A DNA stretch of 64,000 nucleotides from Candidatus Binatia bacterium (GCA_963664015.2 CAXXLF010000001.1:736001-800000), one strand, 5' to 3'; counted from the stretch's first letter, positions 20,780-30,846 are shown. The notes: generated by a model from the sequence alone, not told the origin. Translations and numbers: made by a program.

Positions 20780-21334
20780 TTAACCTAGCCGATCAATAAA
20801 CTGCTCTTTCATGGCCCGGCCGTGGGCGTAGGGTTCCCCCCGCCCGCCGGTCCTGTCCGGTTCGATCTTGAGCACGTAAAAGCGAAGCCCTGGTTCCCGC
20901 AGCGCTGGTTCGACAATCTTGGCAAATTCTTCCAGACTTCGAACCGTACCGGTAATTTTAATCCCGGCCCCTTGAGCCACCCTCTCCAGATCGGCGCCCC
21001 GCGCGGTAGCCGTCGACGCCATACCCCGATAATGCTCGTTGTCAAAGACAATGATCAGTAGATTCGGAGGATCGACATCGGCCACGGTGAACAGGCTGCT
21101 CGGATCCAGCATGAAGCTGCCATCGGAGTCTAAGGCGATGACCTTTCGCTCCGGCCGAGCCATACTCAGCCCCAAAGCCATGGGAATGCAAAGACCCATG
21201 TTGCAGCCGATAAAATTAGCCCCCTGGGAGCGCAACGTGTTCCAAATACCAGCGTTTGCGGAAAGGCTGGTTACGGTGATCACCTGCTCCTCTGCCAAGG
21301 AGGCTAATCGGTCAAGACAGTCATAGCGTTTCAT
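20780..21334 (-). CDS. ThDP-binding decarboxylase beta subunit (ComE/sulfopyruvate decarboxylase-like)
   Basis: NMGLCIPMALGL and the ThDP motif DSDGS..IIVFDN. Confidence 0.85.
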   Translation of the reverse strand: MKRYDCLDRLASLAEEQVITVTSLSANAGIWNTLRSQGANFIGCNMGLCIPMALGLSMARPERKVIALDSDGSFMLDPSSLFTVADVDPPNLLIIVFDNEHYRGMASTATARGADLERVAQGAGIKITGTVRSLEEFAKIVEPALREPGLRFYVLKIEPDRTGGRGEPYAHGRAMKEQFIDRLG

Positions 21335-21357
21335 GAAGTACCTCTTTACGAAAAAGA

Positions 21358-22791
21358 TTACTGAGCAATACCTGCCAGCTCCTTTGCCAAACGAACTTGG
21401 GAACTCAGGTCATAGGAGTTCATTAACCTCATCTTGTTTTGTGCCAAGTTTCCCGAGTTGTACATTTCGAAGAGCAGCTGACGGGATCCAAAGGAATCGC
21501 AGGCATATTCCCAGGCCAGATGAAGCATCCGGAAACGATCGGGCGCTCGCTCATCGTTGCCCATAAAGTAACGACGAAGGTGAGGACCGATCTCGGGATT
21601 GGCTAGATCATCACGACTGGGAGAGGTGAGAAGACCGGAGCTACAGAACTCCCGCACGACTTGAAGTATTTGCGGGTGGCGCTCTACTGAAGAGATATGC
21701 GCCACCAACAACTGGTGGGATCCGGGCGCTGATAAACCGGAGCGTGACGGGATAGGATTGGTCTCTGCGGCCTGGATAAGGGCCCGGAGGGTTTCCGAGT
21801 AAACTACGAGCTCAGAGAGGGCGGTCTGAACCTGAGGTTGATTTTCAGTACCTAGATAATCCGCCATCGCCTTGCAGATCCCAGCCAACACCTCCGCCTT
21901 GACGGCCTTGCGGACCTGGGTATAGTAAAAGGTCCAGGTGATGGTCCACAGAAACAACTGGGTCAGAAACGGAATGTTGTCAGGCGTCACAGGTTTCAGG
22001 TAGAAAATTCGCTCCTTGGGAATAAACACGTCGTCGAATAGAACCAATGCATCCATCTCATCCCAAGATGCAGATAGAGGATGGTCCATTGGATCTGTCG
22101 GTGCCAAAGGTTGCCGGCAAACGATTCGAACTCCCTTGGCATTCATCGGAACAGCAAAATAGACGACCTCATCGATCCCGTGACCCGGCCGGGCAACCAA
22201 TCCTAAGAACTCGTCGGCGTAAGGCGCCGAAGTCGCCACGGGTTTGCAGCCCCTGATAACCATGCCCTTGGGCCCTCGTTCGGCCACCTTTAAGAACTCG
22301 AAATCCTTTGAGGGCTTCTTTTGATCCCGTTGGGGATCCCCGAATGCGACGGTCAAGCACAGGTCATTCTCACGGCAGTACTCGAAGTATTGGAGAATGT
22401 TGTCGGCGAAGGCTGGATCCTCCTGGCCCAGAATCTCCCTGATGTCGTAGAGTGCAACAAGCATCGTTGCCATGTATTGGGGAAGACGGGCAGCGGTTCC
22501 ACCGCTCCGCCGTTCCAAGAACTCGATCATTTTCCGTCCTCGGATAAGATCCTCGCTCGAATGGGGCAAAAGGTAACCCAAGCTGACTAATTGCCCTGAA
22601 CTAGGCGACTCCATGGTCAACAGGTCCTGGTAAGCAGGGTCGTGCTGGAGGTCGTATATTTCAGCTAGCGAACGAGCGCAGCCGGCCAGTGCCGGATGGG
22701 TCGTAACATCATCTACCTTCTCGCCTCGCAGCCAAACCTGCCGGCCATCCCTGAGGCCCTGCAAAAACTGATCACCCCGTCTTATCGCCAT
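21358..22791 (-). CDS. 4-hydroxyphenylacetate 3-hydroxylase family flavin monooxygenase, oxygenase component
   Basis: LRDGRQVWLRGEKVDDVTTHP, DHPLSASWDEMDA, FDDVFIP, FGSRQLLFE. Confidence 0.92.
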   Translation of the reverse strand: MAIRRGDQFLQGLRDGRQVWLRGEKVDDVTTHPALAGCARSLAEIYDLQHDPAYQDLLTMESPSSGQLVSLGYLLPHSSEDLIRGRKMIEFLERRSGGTAARLPQYMATMLVALYDIREILGQEDPAFADNILQYFEYCRENDLCLTVAFGDPQRDQKKPSKDFEFLKVAERGPKGMVIRGCKPVATSAPYADEFLGLVARPGHGIDEVVYFAVPMNAKGVRIVCRQPLAPTDPMDHPLSASWDEMDALVLFDDVFIPKERIFYLKPVTPDNIPFLTQLFLWTITWTFYYTQVRKAVKAEVLAGICKAMADYLGTENQPQVQTALSELVVYSETLRALIQAAETNPIPSRSGLSAPGSHQLLVAHISSVERHPQILQVVREFCSSGLLTSPSRDDLANPEIGPHLRRYFMGNDERAPDRFRMLHLAWEYACDSFGSRQLLFEMYNSGNLAQNKMRLMNSYDLSSQVRLAKELAGIAQ

Positions 22792-23001
22792 TAATTCAGC
22801 TCCTTAAACAGTCTAAGATTTCATTTTGTCGGGTACAAAAACAACGGCTCACTGTGTACCGCCGCCGCATGAAAGAGTCAAGGGGCTGATATCGCGAGTC
22901 CTTTTCCTAAATTCCTCTTTCCATTACATACTGTCCTATTGTCGGATCCTCAGGGAGCCAATGCATGAACAGTTCAATATCCCATAGGTCGCTCCAGGGA
23001 T

Positions 23002-23031
23002 TTGACAATGGATCGAGTTCGGAGTTATGAA
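23002..23031 (+). promoter_or_regulatory. Putative sigma70 promoter
   Basis: TTGACA-18nt-TATGAA upstream of 23080. Confidence 0.45.
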
Positions 23032-23079
23032 AGCCTGATTACAACAACTGCCAAATTTCTGAAGTGAAGGGAGAATATA

Positions 23080-24060
23080 ATGGAAGCTGAGCAAAAAAAA
23101 CGGCCCTTTGCGATACCGGTCACCACCCGGTCCCTCGTCGTCCTTGAAGTCGCCTCGGAACTGGTTGGACGAAAACGGAACCAGTGGCCCTATCCGCAAG
23201 CCAAAGTGAGCCTGCGCAATCAAGGCGACGAGGAATGGAAACTATGCTTTTTCGGCAGCGATACCCCCGGCGCCATTGACGACGTGGCCAGTGGTAAGGT
23301 CGATGTGGCCATCATCAACCCAGCAGAGCCACTCAACCTAGCCGTACGCGGAACCGGCCCTTACAAAGAGCCCATACCACTCAGGATTATCGGAGTGATC
23401 CCCTCGTTCGATCAACTCGGTTTTGCCGTGACCGAGAAAACCGGTTTAACTTCACTGGCACAGATCCGAGAGCGCCGTTTCCCTCTCAAGGTCTCCTTAA
23501 GGGGTCAGAAGGATCATTCGCTGCACTTTATGGTGAAGCACGTGCTCGCAGCCTATGACTTTACTCTGGATGATATCGTCTCGTGGGGAGGAGAGGTTCG
23601 CTACGATCCGGGTCTGCCCGATGAGGGATCCGGCCGTCTCGGTGCCGTCGCCCGTGGAGAGATCAACGCCATCTTCGACGAGGCAATCAACGTCTGGCTC
23701 AACCAAGGATTGGACCTGGGCATGCGCTTTCTAGAACTGGAAGAGCCATATCTCCAGAAGTTGGAAAAGATGGGCTACCACCGTGCCCCCATCACCAAGA
23801 AAGAGTTTCCCAGGATAGACCGTGACATCCCGACGATCGATTTCAGCGGGTGGCCCATCTTTACCCACGCCCGCGTATCCGATGATGTCATTACTTCATT
23901 CTGTTCGGCCCTCGAGGCCCGAAAGGACCGGATCCCGTGGCAGGGAGAAGGCCCTTTACCCACAGAGCGTATGTGCAAGGACAGTGCCGACTCACCTTTA
24001 GATATCCCGCTCCATCCAGCGGCGGAACGCTTCTGGCGGGAGCGCGGCTACCTACCGTGA
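23080..24060 (+). CDS. TAXI/NMT1-like periplasmic-binding-fold protein without a signal peptide
   Basis: VASGKVDVAIINP, FAVTEKTGLTSLAQI, IPLHPAAERFWRERGYL (TAXI-type C-terminus). Confidence 0.75.
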   Translation: MEAEQKKRPFAIPVTTRSLVVLEVASELVGRKRNQWPYPQAKVSLRNQGDEEWKLCFFGSDTPGAIDDVASGKVDVAIINPAEPLNLAVRGTGPYKEPIPLRIIGVIPSFDQLGFAVTEKTGLTSLAQIRERRFPLKVSLRGQKDHSLHFMVKHVLAAYDFTLDDIVSWGGEVRYDPGLPDEGSGRLGAVARGEINAIFDEAINVWLNQGLDLGMRFLELEEPYLQKLEKMGYHRAPITKKEFPRIDRDIPTIDFSGWPIFTHARVSDDVITSFCSALEARKDRIPWQGEGPLPTERMCKDSADSPLDIPLHPAAERFWRERGYLP

Positions 24061-24857
24061 GGACATCCGCGACGAAGCTTAGCGCCATGGATTGGACCAA
24101 GGAAAAAAGAGAACTGATCCAGTCGCTCGAGAAAGCTACGGGAAACTTTTAGGCCGGTGAAGCAGAGGTCGTCCGGATCTATTTCAGCGAAGCCCGCACA
24201 CGCGAGCAAGACGTTGTCTGGCTAAGGCACCAGACGTGAAAAGACATCAAACAAATCCCAATCATCGCTCATAACATCATCGAAGCGACAAAAGAAGTAG
24301 GATACGAAGTTACTTACGGGGAGTACCTCGAAATCACCCAGAAATCTCACGACGAGGCAACCCACTATGTGTGGATGGCCCAGTGCCTACAGGAACTTGT
24401 TAGTAAGCCCATCGGCCTTGAAGAATCCATGGGCCCGTTACCCGAGCAGGTCAAGCTCGGCGATATGAGACGGGCCTTCGCCGCAAAGAACCGGCATCCG
24501 GCCGTCGAGACGGCATCCAGCGCCTGGCCCGAGGGCGGCGGCAGCTCCATAACCTTCAAGGCGCTGAGCAAGATCACGGGCGGCAGGTTAGAATCCAAGA
24601 TCGCCGCGGCGGCGAAGAAGATCTATGAAAATGAGGTCGGCCATGGGGTCCAAGCCGCACAAGCCATTATCAGGGCTATGAAAAGGTTCGGCCTGGACAA
24701 AGAGACCAGAACGATTATGCTCGATGCTGCCCGTAGCGTCTGTAGACAGAGGCTCAGGATGCGAAATGAGATGTTCGGCTTCCCGCTCACTGAGGAAAGA
24801 CTCGCTGAGATCGAAGAAGGAAAGAACGTCACACCAGTCCGCCTGCAAGACCTGTGA
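24057..24857 (+). pseudogene. Ferritin-like diiron protein with two in-frame stops
   Basis: One frame from GTG 24057 or ATG 24087, with TAG 24150-24152 and TGA 24237-24239. ExxH motifs DEATH and NEVGH. Confidence 0.75.
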
Positions 24858-24962
24858 CGGCAAGGAAGACAGGAAAGAAAGGATCCCCCCTACCCCTTCA
24901 CACGAAACTCATATCCCAATTCGCAATAAGACCTCCGGCGCCTAACAGGACCGTCAGCCCTG

Positions 24963-26081
24963 TTACTCCATTGCATGGAGCTTGGGAATGACCTCCTTCC
25001 CAATCATACGGACGTTGTTAAGGACCAACTCTTGTGGCATGGCTCCCATGCGGACAATAGCCATAAAGGTCCCGAACCCACCCAACTCATCATACTGGGA
25101 TTTGAGATCGCTGAGGACTCGATCCGGCGTACCCACCAGTAGAAATCCGTCGTCACGCATCTTTTCCATGGAGGTCGTGTCGAAGGGGTACGGCGTTTTT
25201 ACCTGATCCCGGGAAATTTCGGGATTCTGCTTCAGTAATTGTTCGATCGCCCCATTGTTGATCTTTCCCAAAAGGCTGTGGAAGTAATACTCAAAGTGAC
25301 GCTTGCAGAGCTTCTCAGCTTCCTTTTGGCTTTCCGCTACAAAAACATGGCGTGCAAGTAGGACATCTTTATTTGTAATCGAGCGTCCAGCCTCTGCGCA
25401 CGCCTCACGGAAGATGTCTAGCTGCTTTTTGATGGCGGATGTGGGCTGAAAGGTCACGCAAAGGGTCACCCCAGGCCTCCGAGCCACGTTCCTGGTGGGA
25501 TCCGGACCAATGGCGCCGACCCATACGGGAGGGTGAGGTTTCTGATAAGGTCGTGGCCACATATCGACGTCCTGGTAATTGTAGTATTTACCATGGTGAG
25601 TGAACAAATCGCTGGTCCAGGCGTTTATAATTACATCAAGGGCCTCTTCAAATCGGGGTCGCCCTTCTTTGACCGGAATACAATAGGGAAGGTACTCCCG
25701 AGGAATACCCCGGACAAAACCGCCGATAATACGGCCCCGGGTCAGGTTGTCCAACATCGCCAACTCCTCGGCAACGCGTAAAGGTTGGCCATGAAGCGGA
25801 AGAAGATTCCCCGTCATGGCGAGCTTGATGTGTTTGGTCTTCGCAGCAATGTAGGCACAAAATAGATTGGGCGAATTATCCAAACTGTAAGGGCTCCCAT
25901 GGTGCTCGTTGAGACAGACCCCGTCGAAGCCTACCTCTTCCATGAGTTGGAACTGCTCTACGTGGTTCTCGTAAGTTAGGGCCGCCACTTCACGCTCATA
26001 GTGCTGGATCCCCACAGGGTAACCCAGGCGTCCGGTAAGGTCTTTGACGTAGGGTACAAAATCAAAGCTGAATACTTCCAT
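24963..26081 (-). CDS. LLM class (luciferase-like) flavin-dependent oxidoreductase
   Basis: GFDGVCLNEHH, PLRVAEELAMLDNLTRGR, PRPYQKPHPPVW. Confidence 0.93.
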   Translation of the reverse strand: MEVFSFDFVPYVKDLTGRLGYPVGIQHYEREVAALTYENHVEQFQLMEEVGFDGVCLNEHHGSPYSLDNSPNLFCAYIAAKTKHIKLAMTGNLLPLHGQPLRVAEELAMLDNLTRGRIIGGFVRGIPREYLPYCIPVKEGRPRFEEALDVIINAWTSDLFTHHGKYYNYQDVDMWPRPYQKPHPPVWVGAIGPDPTRNVARRPGVTLCVTFQPTSAIKKQLDIFREACAEAGRSITNKDVLLARHVFVAESQKEAEKLCKRHFEYYFHSLLGKINNGAIEQLLKQNPEISRDQVKTPYPFDTTSMEKMRDDGFLLVGTPDRVLSDLKSQYDELGGFGTFMAIVRMGAMPQELVLNNVRMIGKEVIPKLHAME

Positions 26082-26190
26082 GTTATTTCTCCCTCCTGTA
26101 ATGTTCGCTTAATTTTCTGTAGTTCGTTAACTCTTCTTGGGCGCCCAATGCCGTTATGCACTTAAAACTCATTCGCCCCACATCCTAACT

Positions 26191-26856
26191 TCATTCTGTC
26201 TCCGCTTTGGTTTTCATGGACAGACTCTTTATCGCCGAAAGAGAAAACTGGGTGACATGTCGTGCAAGTCTCTCGATATCGGCGGCGCCAAAATTCTGTG
26301 CCGGATATAAACGGCTGATAACGGCCCGCGAATGGTGGTAGAAACCACACTGGCTAACAACGCTCAACATACACAGCCGGACTATTTCATCGTTGGTTTC
26401 TAAACCGAGCAATTCCACAATAATGGACTCGAGCTCCTGGCTAAGTGGACGGATAGCCTCGTCCACAATAACATCGAGGGCGGGGGTCGGTTCGATCAAC
26501 TCCCTTGCCGCCAATTTTATGTGCCAGTTGGGACGTCCCTCACTCAGGAGACGATGCAATAATGACCGGATAAAAGCGTGAAGCCTGTCTTCCGCATTGG
26601 CTCCTGGTTGAAGCCCGAGACTAGGGGGATAGATATCGGTTGCATTCGTATGCAAGTAGCGCAGTACCGCCAGGTAGAGACCATCCTTATCGCCAAAGTA
26701 ATAATTGACGGATGCCAAGTTGGCCTTTGCCTTTTCACAAATCTGCCGAACGGTAGCAGCACGGTAACCGTATTCGGCAAAGACCTCGCCAGCCGCCTCC
26801 AAGAGGCGCTGCTCTGTCCCCGAACTCGAAGCTTCCGTTCCCGTTTTCATAGTCAT
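26191..26856 (-). CDS. TetR family regulator, CecR/YbiH-like (DUF1956 C-terminal domain)
   Basis: HTH FAEYGYRAATVRQICEKAKANLASVNYYFGDKDGLY; ARELIEPT and SVVSQC in the C-domain. Confidence 0.9.
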   Translation of the reverse strand: MTMKTGTEASSSGTEQRLLEAAGEVFAEYGYRAATVRQICEKAKANLASVNYYFGDKDGLYLAVLRYLHTNATDIYPPSLGLQPGANAEDRLHAFIRSLLHRLLSEGRPNWHIKLAARELIEPTPALDVIVDEAIRPLSQELESIIVELLGLETNDEIVRLCMLSVVSQCGFYHHSRAVISRLYPAQNFGAADIERLARHVTQFSLSAIKSLSMKTKAETE

Positions 26857-26897
26857 ACGTTTAAAACACTTGTATTAAACTCACGTATGATTGTCAA
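26853..26897 (-). promoter_or_regulatory. Sigma70 promoter overlapped by a palindromic operator (probable TetR autoregulation)
   Basis: TTGACA-17nt-TACAAG on the minus strand. Inverted repeats GTTTAAAACA/TGTATTAAAC (26859-26880) and TCATACGT/ACGTATGA (26853-26890). Confidence 0.65.
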
Positions 26898-27132
26898 GCT
26901 GATTTTATTCTCCAAAAAGCAGCCCCGCAAGTTACTAATTTATAATGGGTTTATTAGATGACGCGAATGTAAGAATTTGATTTAAAATGCAGAGGAGGAC
27001 TTCTAGAGCCCCATTCCAGGATTCGAATTCCCCCTCTGCCTGTAACCTCTCTGCCGGTTCAAAATCCCAGCAGAGCCGAAGATTATTTTAGACTTCGATC
27101 CAACAGGAGATCCAGCTGCTTCTTTGCATTCG

Positions 27133-28212
27133 TTAGCGACCAAACACCTTCTGCAGCTTGACTTTGAGTTCGGCCTTTACCTTCATCGCCTCGAGGGTAT
27201 AGGTCTTAATCGCACCGGGCTTGGGGACGCGCCACGGTGAATGCTCCGTCGGAACGTCCCGTCGCGCGCTAATATAGCCCATCTTACGTGAGAACAGGGT
27301 CTGGCCCTCTTTGGATAGGAGCCAGTTGATAAAGACCTTGGCTGCATTGGGGTGGGGTGCATTGTTGTACAGTGCTAGGGCTCCGTTGGAAGGGTTCACG
27401 TCCGCGCCCTCCCGGAGTTGAGCAGGTTTCACAATGGCTATAGGCAACCCCTTTTTCATCAGGACCTCGGCGGGCAACTCCCAGCCACCGAGGAGGATCG
27501 GAAATTTGCCTTGAGCCACCAGATCGACTTCCTGGCGGTAGTTCTTGAGCAGAACAGGCTTCTGGCGCGCGAAGGCCCGGATAAAGTCCATGCCCAATTC
27601 AGGATGTAAATAAAAGAACACAAAGGTCGCATTGCCCGGGCCAGATTTCCGAGGATCGTCGACGAGGATCTTGCCCTTCCACTTTGGGTCCAGGAGGGAC
27701 TTGTAAGACGTGAACTCCTCGGGGTCGGCCATGTTAGTGTTGACAAAGATAGTGCCTCGGTAAGAAAGCGTCATTACCATCAGCCGATGGCCATCATCGA
27801 CGAACTCCATGCTCCCCCCACGCCAGTGCTTGGGGTCTATGACCTCCGGCAGAATAAGCGCAGGCTCCAATGGCTCGAAGGCCCCCGCGGGCACCATAGT
27901 CGTCAGACCCGTAGTCGTGCCCTGGATGTAAACATCCCATAAGAACCTGCGTGCCCTGCGCTCAGTTAGCACGCGGGGCGCGGTTGTCCTCCCGGAACCA
28001 CCGACGAAATCGACAGCAATCCCGTACTTCTTCGTGAACGGCCTGATCAGCGCCTCGCGCGCCTCGGGCCCGCCGGGGCCGGTGATCGCCACCCTCCCTT
28101 CCTGCTTGGCCGCTGCCAGGACGCGTTCCCACTCCTCCTGCCAAGCCGCCTCTACGTTACCCAGGAACAGTATCGCTACAAAGACAATGACTGAGAAGAA
28201 TATCTGTCTCAT
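27133..28212 (-). CDS. ABC transporter substrate-binding protein (AfuA/SBP_bac_6-like)
   Basis: Signal peptide, AAKQEG, LLDPKWKGKI, APHPNAAKVFINWLLSKEGQ. Confidence 0.92.
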   Translation of the reverse strand: MRQIFFSVIVFVAILFLGNVEAAWQEEWERVLAAAKQEGRVAITGPGGPEAREALIRPFTKKYGIAVDFVGGSGRTTAPRVLTERRARRFLWDVYIQGTTTGLTTMVPAGAFEPLEPALILPEVIDPKHWRGGSMEFVDDGHRLMVMTLSYRGTIFVNTNMADPEEFTSYKSLLDPKWKGKILVDDPRKSGPGNATFVFFYLHPELGMDFIRAFARQKPVLLKNYRQEVDLVAQGKFPILLGGWELPAEVLMKKGLPIAIVKPAQLREGADVNPSNGALALYNNAPHPNAAKVFINWLLSKEGQTLFSRKMGYISARRDVPTEHSPWRVPKPGAIKTYTLEAMKVKAELKVKLQKVFGR

Positions 28213-28421
28213 GGTAAATCCTCCATTTTTTGAGATCGTAAGCGTTCCTACCGATCTCAGGGCATGTAATTATGTTCAGCAGGGTTGATATATCATATCG
28301 GCTGGACCTGTCAACCAAATATCCGTTAAATGCAGACGTCCATCAAAGCGCTTAGAAGTGAGATCAAAAGCACCAAGGTGAGGCCCAACCAGTGCTCACT
28401 AAACAATATAAGGGGACAAGG

Positions 28422-28441
28422 GGGCGACCTTCGGGTCGCCC
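28422..28441. terminator. Perfect GC-rich hairpin (terminator or REP-like)
   Basis: GGGCGACC-TTCG-GGTCGCCC downstream of the cupin gene. The U-tract is weak. Confidence 0.5.
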
Positions 28442-28510
28442 AAGTAACTCGAAAAGATTAACGGAAGTTATCCTGATGAAAAGAGCCTAAGGCAAAGGCC
28501 ACAGGCCCCC

Positions 28511-29650
28511 CTAGGGAACGACCATTTTCGGCACGAACCTTTCCTGACTGTACTGAATCGCCGGCATTCCCAGCGGAATTCCCTCTTTGGCAAGTTCCCT
28601 CTCGTATATGGCACGGACCTCTCTTGGTTCATCCTCGTGCTCCATGATATGCCCCCCATCTCGCTCGGAAACAGTAGCGAGCCATAAGGTTCCCACACCT
28701 CGCAAGCCGCTGCGTAGCGCCAAATGCCGAGCCGGCTCTTTGCTGGTGGTAAAGTGGGAATGGTACCAACCTTCCGGAGGGACCAAGAGACTGCCCTTCC
28801 GCCAGTCAAATTTAACGAACTCTCCCCCCGGCGGCCACATGAGGCTATATCCCTTTCCGCTTAGAACGACCACTTGAGCCCCCGGGCCATGTCGGTGGGG
28901 TTTCCTATAGGTTCCGCTCTCAATTTGCATGATATGGCCGATCATCGCCGTATTGTTTGAACCGCTAATTCCAAGCCGGCTGAATCCGGCACCACGGGTT
29001 GGATATTTGGTGAGCTGCACTGCATTCGCATCCGGGATAAAATTCACGGAGGTGTCTTCCAATTCGCCCTTCTTCATTTCAGCGCTGAAATAATCGCTCT
29101 CACCGGAAAAACGATCGGCAAATTCATAGGGCGCATTGAAGATAAAATCCGCCGAGCCGATGATATTGAAGATTAACGGTGCGTTATTGGCCGCCACAAA
29201 GCGTACGGGTTCGCTTGACGAACCGTTGAAGTGCTGGAATCTGGTATTCAACGGTGGTGAGAAGATGCTTCCCGGCTGCCATTCCACGGTCGTTGCCTTC
29301 CCGGTCCTTTCAGACCAGATTTGGGTCGCCCCGTGCCCCTCCAGGATGAGGATCAACTCCTCATAAAAATGACGCATTGGCTTTAGACTCTGACCCGGCG
29401 GTATCTCCGCGACCAGCGAACCGAGATATCCCTGGGTCCCCTCAAGGTGACAGTAGGCAGCGGGGCCTCCAAGCCGGTCCCATGGTTGGAGCGGCGCGGT
29501 TCGCAGGTCTTCAACCCCGTAGCCGGTGATCACTGAAAGCCCGTCGGCTTCGCAAAACCTCAAAAATCGAGATTTGACCAGGAACCTGCTCTTTGCCTCT
29601 TCCTCCAACTCGGCCATTGATCTATCGCTAGTCTTTGAAGCAACCGCCAT
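28511..29650 (-). CDS. Bicupin domain protein
   Basis: PMRHFYEELILILEGHG..FQHFN and PHRHGPGA..WYHSHF; RBS GGAGG before ATG 29650. Confidence 0.88.
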   Translation of the reverse strand: MAVASKTSDRSMAELEEEAKSRFLVKSRFLRFCEADGLSVITGYGVEDLRTAPLQPWDRLGGPAAYCHLEGTQGYLGSLVAEIPPGQSLKPMRHFYEELILILEGHGATQIWSERTGKATTVEWQPGSIFSPPLNTRFQHFNGSSSEPVRFVAANNAPLIFNIIGSADFIFNAPYEFADRFSGESDYFSAEMKKGELEDTSVNFIPDANAVQLTKYPTRGAGFSRLGISGSNNTAMIGHIMQIESGTYRKPHRHGPGAQVVVLSGKGYSLMWPPGGEFVKFDWRKGSLLVPPEGWYHSHFTTSKEPARHLALRSGLRGVGTLWLATVSERDGGHIMEHEDEPREVRAIYERELAKEGIPLGMPAIQYSQERFVPKMVVP

Positions 29651-29737
29651 TGATCTATCCTCCTTCTTTGGGCAAAACACTTTTAGCAGGCAACATTAAA
29701 AACCCCGATTCCTTACATGGAAAGAACCCGACTCCAT

Positions 29738-30337
29738 TCAGGAGGAGGCCCCGGTTTTTCTACCCCAATAATCGGGGTGCTTCATCACGGCCTCCACAAA
29801 CAACTCCTTCATGGACCGGCCGGAAGTGCGGCGGGGATCCCTCTTGAGACGCACGGTTTCCGCTTTGACTTTGACCACGAAGAAGTGCGGCCCGAGCTCC
29901 TTTACCGCCGGCTTAACTACCCGGATGAAATCCTCCAGCGTCCGGATTGTTGCAGTCTTTTTGATCCCTGCGCCCTGGGCCATCTTTTCCAGGTCCGTGT
30001 TGCGGGAAGTCGCGGTGGGACCCATGCGGGCGTAGGACTCGTTGTCGAAGATCAGGATCATCAAGTTGGTTGGATTGGCCTCCGCCATGGTGATCAGCGC
30101 GCTGGCATCGACCATGAAGCTCCCGTCCGAGTCCAGGCCTACCACCTTGCGCTTGGGAAAAGCGAAGCTAAGCCCCACGGAGAAGCCCACTGTCAATCCC
30201 AAGTTCCAGGCGTAAAAGTTGACCCCTTCCTCTCTCAGGGAGGCCCACACGGCTGTGTTGGAAGACAGGCTGGTCACCACGGGATCATTCACATCGATCC
30301 AAGTTACGAATTCTTTCAAACAGTCCAGCCGATTCAC
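29738..30337 (-). CDS. ThDP-dependent decarboxylase beta subunit (ComE-like)
   Basis: DSDGS..ILIFDNESY motif; start overlaps the stop of the alpha subunit. Confidence 0.87.
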   Translation of the reverse strand: MNRLDCLKEFVTWIDVNDPVVTSLSSNTAVWASLREEGVNFYAWNLGLTVGFSVGLSFAFPKRKVVGLDSDGSFMVDASALITMAEANPTNLMILIFDNESYARMGPTATSRNTDLEKMAQGAGIKKTATIRTLEDFIRVVKPAVKELGPHFFVVKVKAETVRLKRDPRRTSGRSMKELFVEAVMKHPDYWGRKTGASS

Positions 30338-30846
30338 CAGAGCACCTCCCCGGTCAAGAGCACGACCACCGGTGAGCTGTAGTCATGGGCAGCGAAGTTG
30401 GCGTCCCGAATCGAACGCTTCAGATCGCTTTTCTTATCGATCACGCGGTAGGGGACCCGGAGTGTGTCCAGCAGAGGCTCCGCCACCTGCTTGAACAACA
30501 GGAGTTGGGAACCTGGTATCCCGCTGTGGTCGCCGATATCGCCCCGGTAGGAAGCCATGATCAGCATGGGCACCCCGTAAACGATGGCCGACTGGGCTAG
30601 AGCCCAGGTCCCCACCATTAAACCGGCGATCCCGGTGACAAACATCACCCTGCGGCCGCCCAGAGCCGCCCCCGCACAAAGGGCAATGCCGTTGCCCTCT
30701 GCAGCCACCGTGAGGGAGGTAAAATAGGAGTCCTCACGAATAGCTTCGGTCAGGGAAAAGGTCGGTTCCTCCGGTAGCGTCACAACCATGTCGACGCCCT
30801 CTTCCTTAAGGGTCTCGATAATCAACTGTCCCGATTGTGGATCCAT
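30334..30846 (-). CDS. ThDP-dependent decarboxylase alpha subunit (ComD-like, Pyr domain)
   Basis: LKEEGVDMVVTLP, conserved Glu in AAEGNGIALCAGAALGG, ASYRGD. Confidence 0.87.
   Translation of the reverse strand: MDPQSGQLIIETLKEEGVDMVVTLPEEPTFSLTEAIREDSYFTSLTVAAEGNGIALCAGAALGGRRVMFVTGIAGLMVGTWALAQSAIVYGVPMLIMASYRGDIGDHSGIPGSQLLLFKQVAEPLLDTLRVPYRVIDKKSDLKRSIRDANFAAHDYSSPVVVLLTGEVLW

Noticed and set aside
27005-27040. CCAGGATTCGAA resembling a tRNA T-arm or attachment site (also near 59210)
   Set aside because: No cloverleaf, anticodon arm or CCA end can be built, the match is only 12 bp, and no integrase is present.
29738-30846. Coenzyme M or phosphonate biosynthesis cluster
   Set aside because: No ComA/ComB or PEP mutase in the window; the ComC-like Ldh_2 gene is distant and broken.
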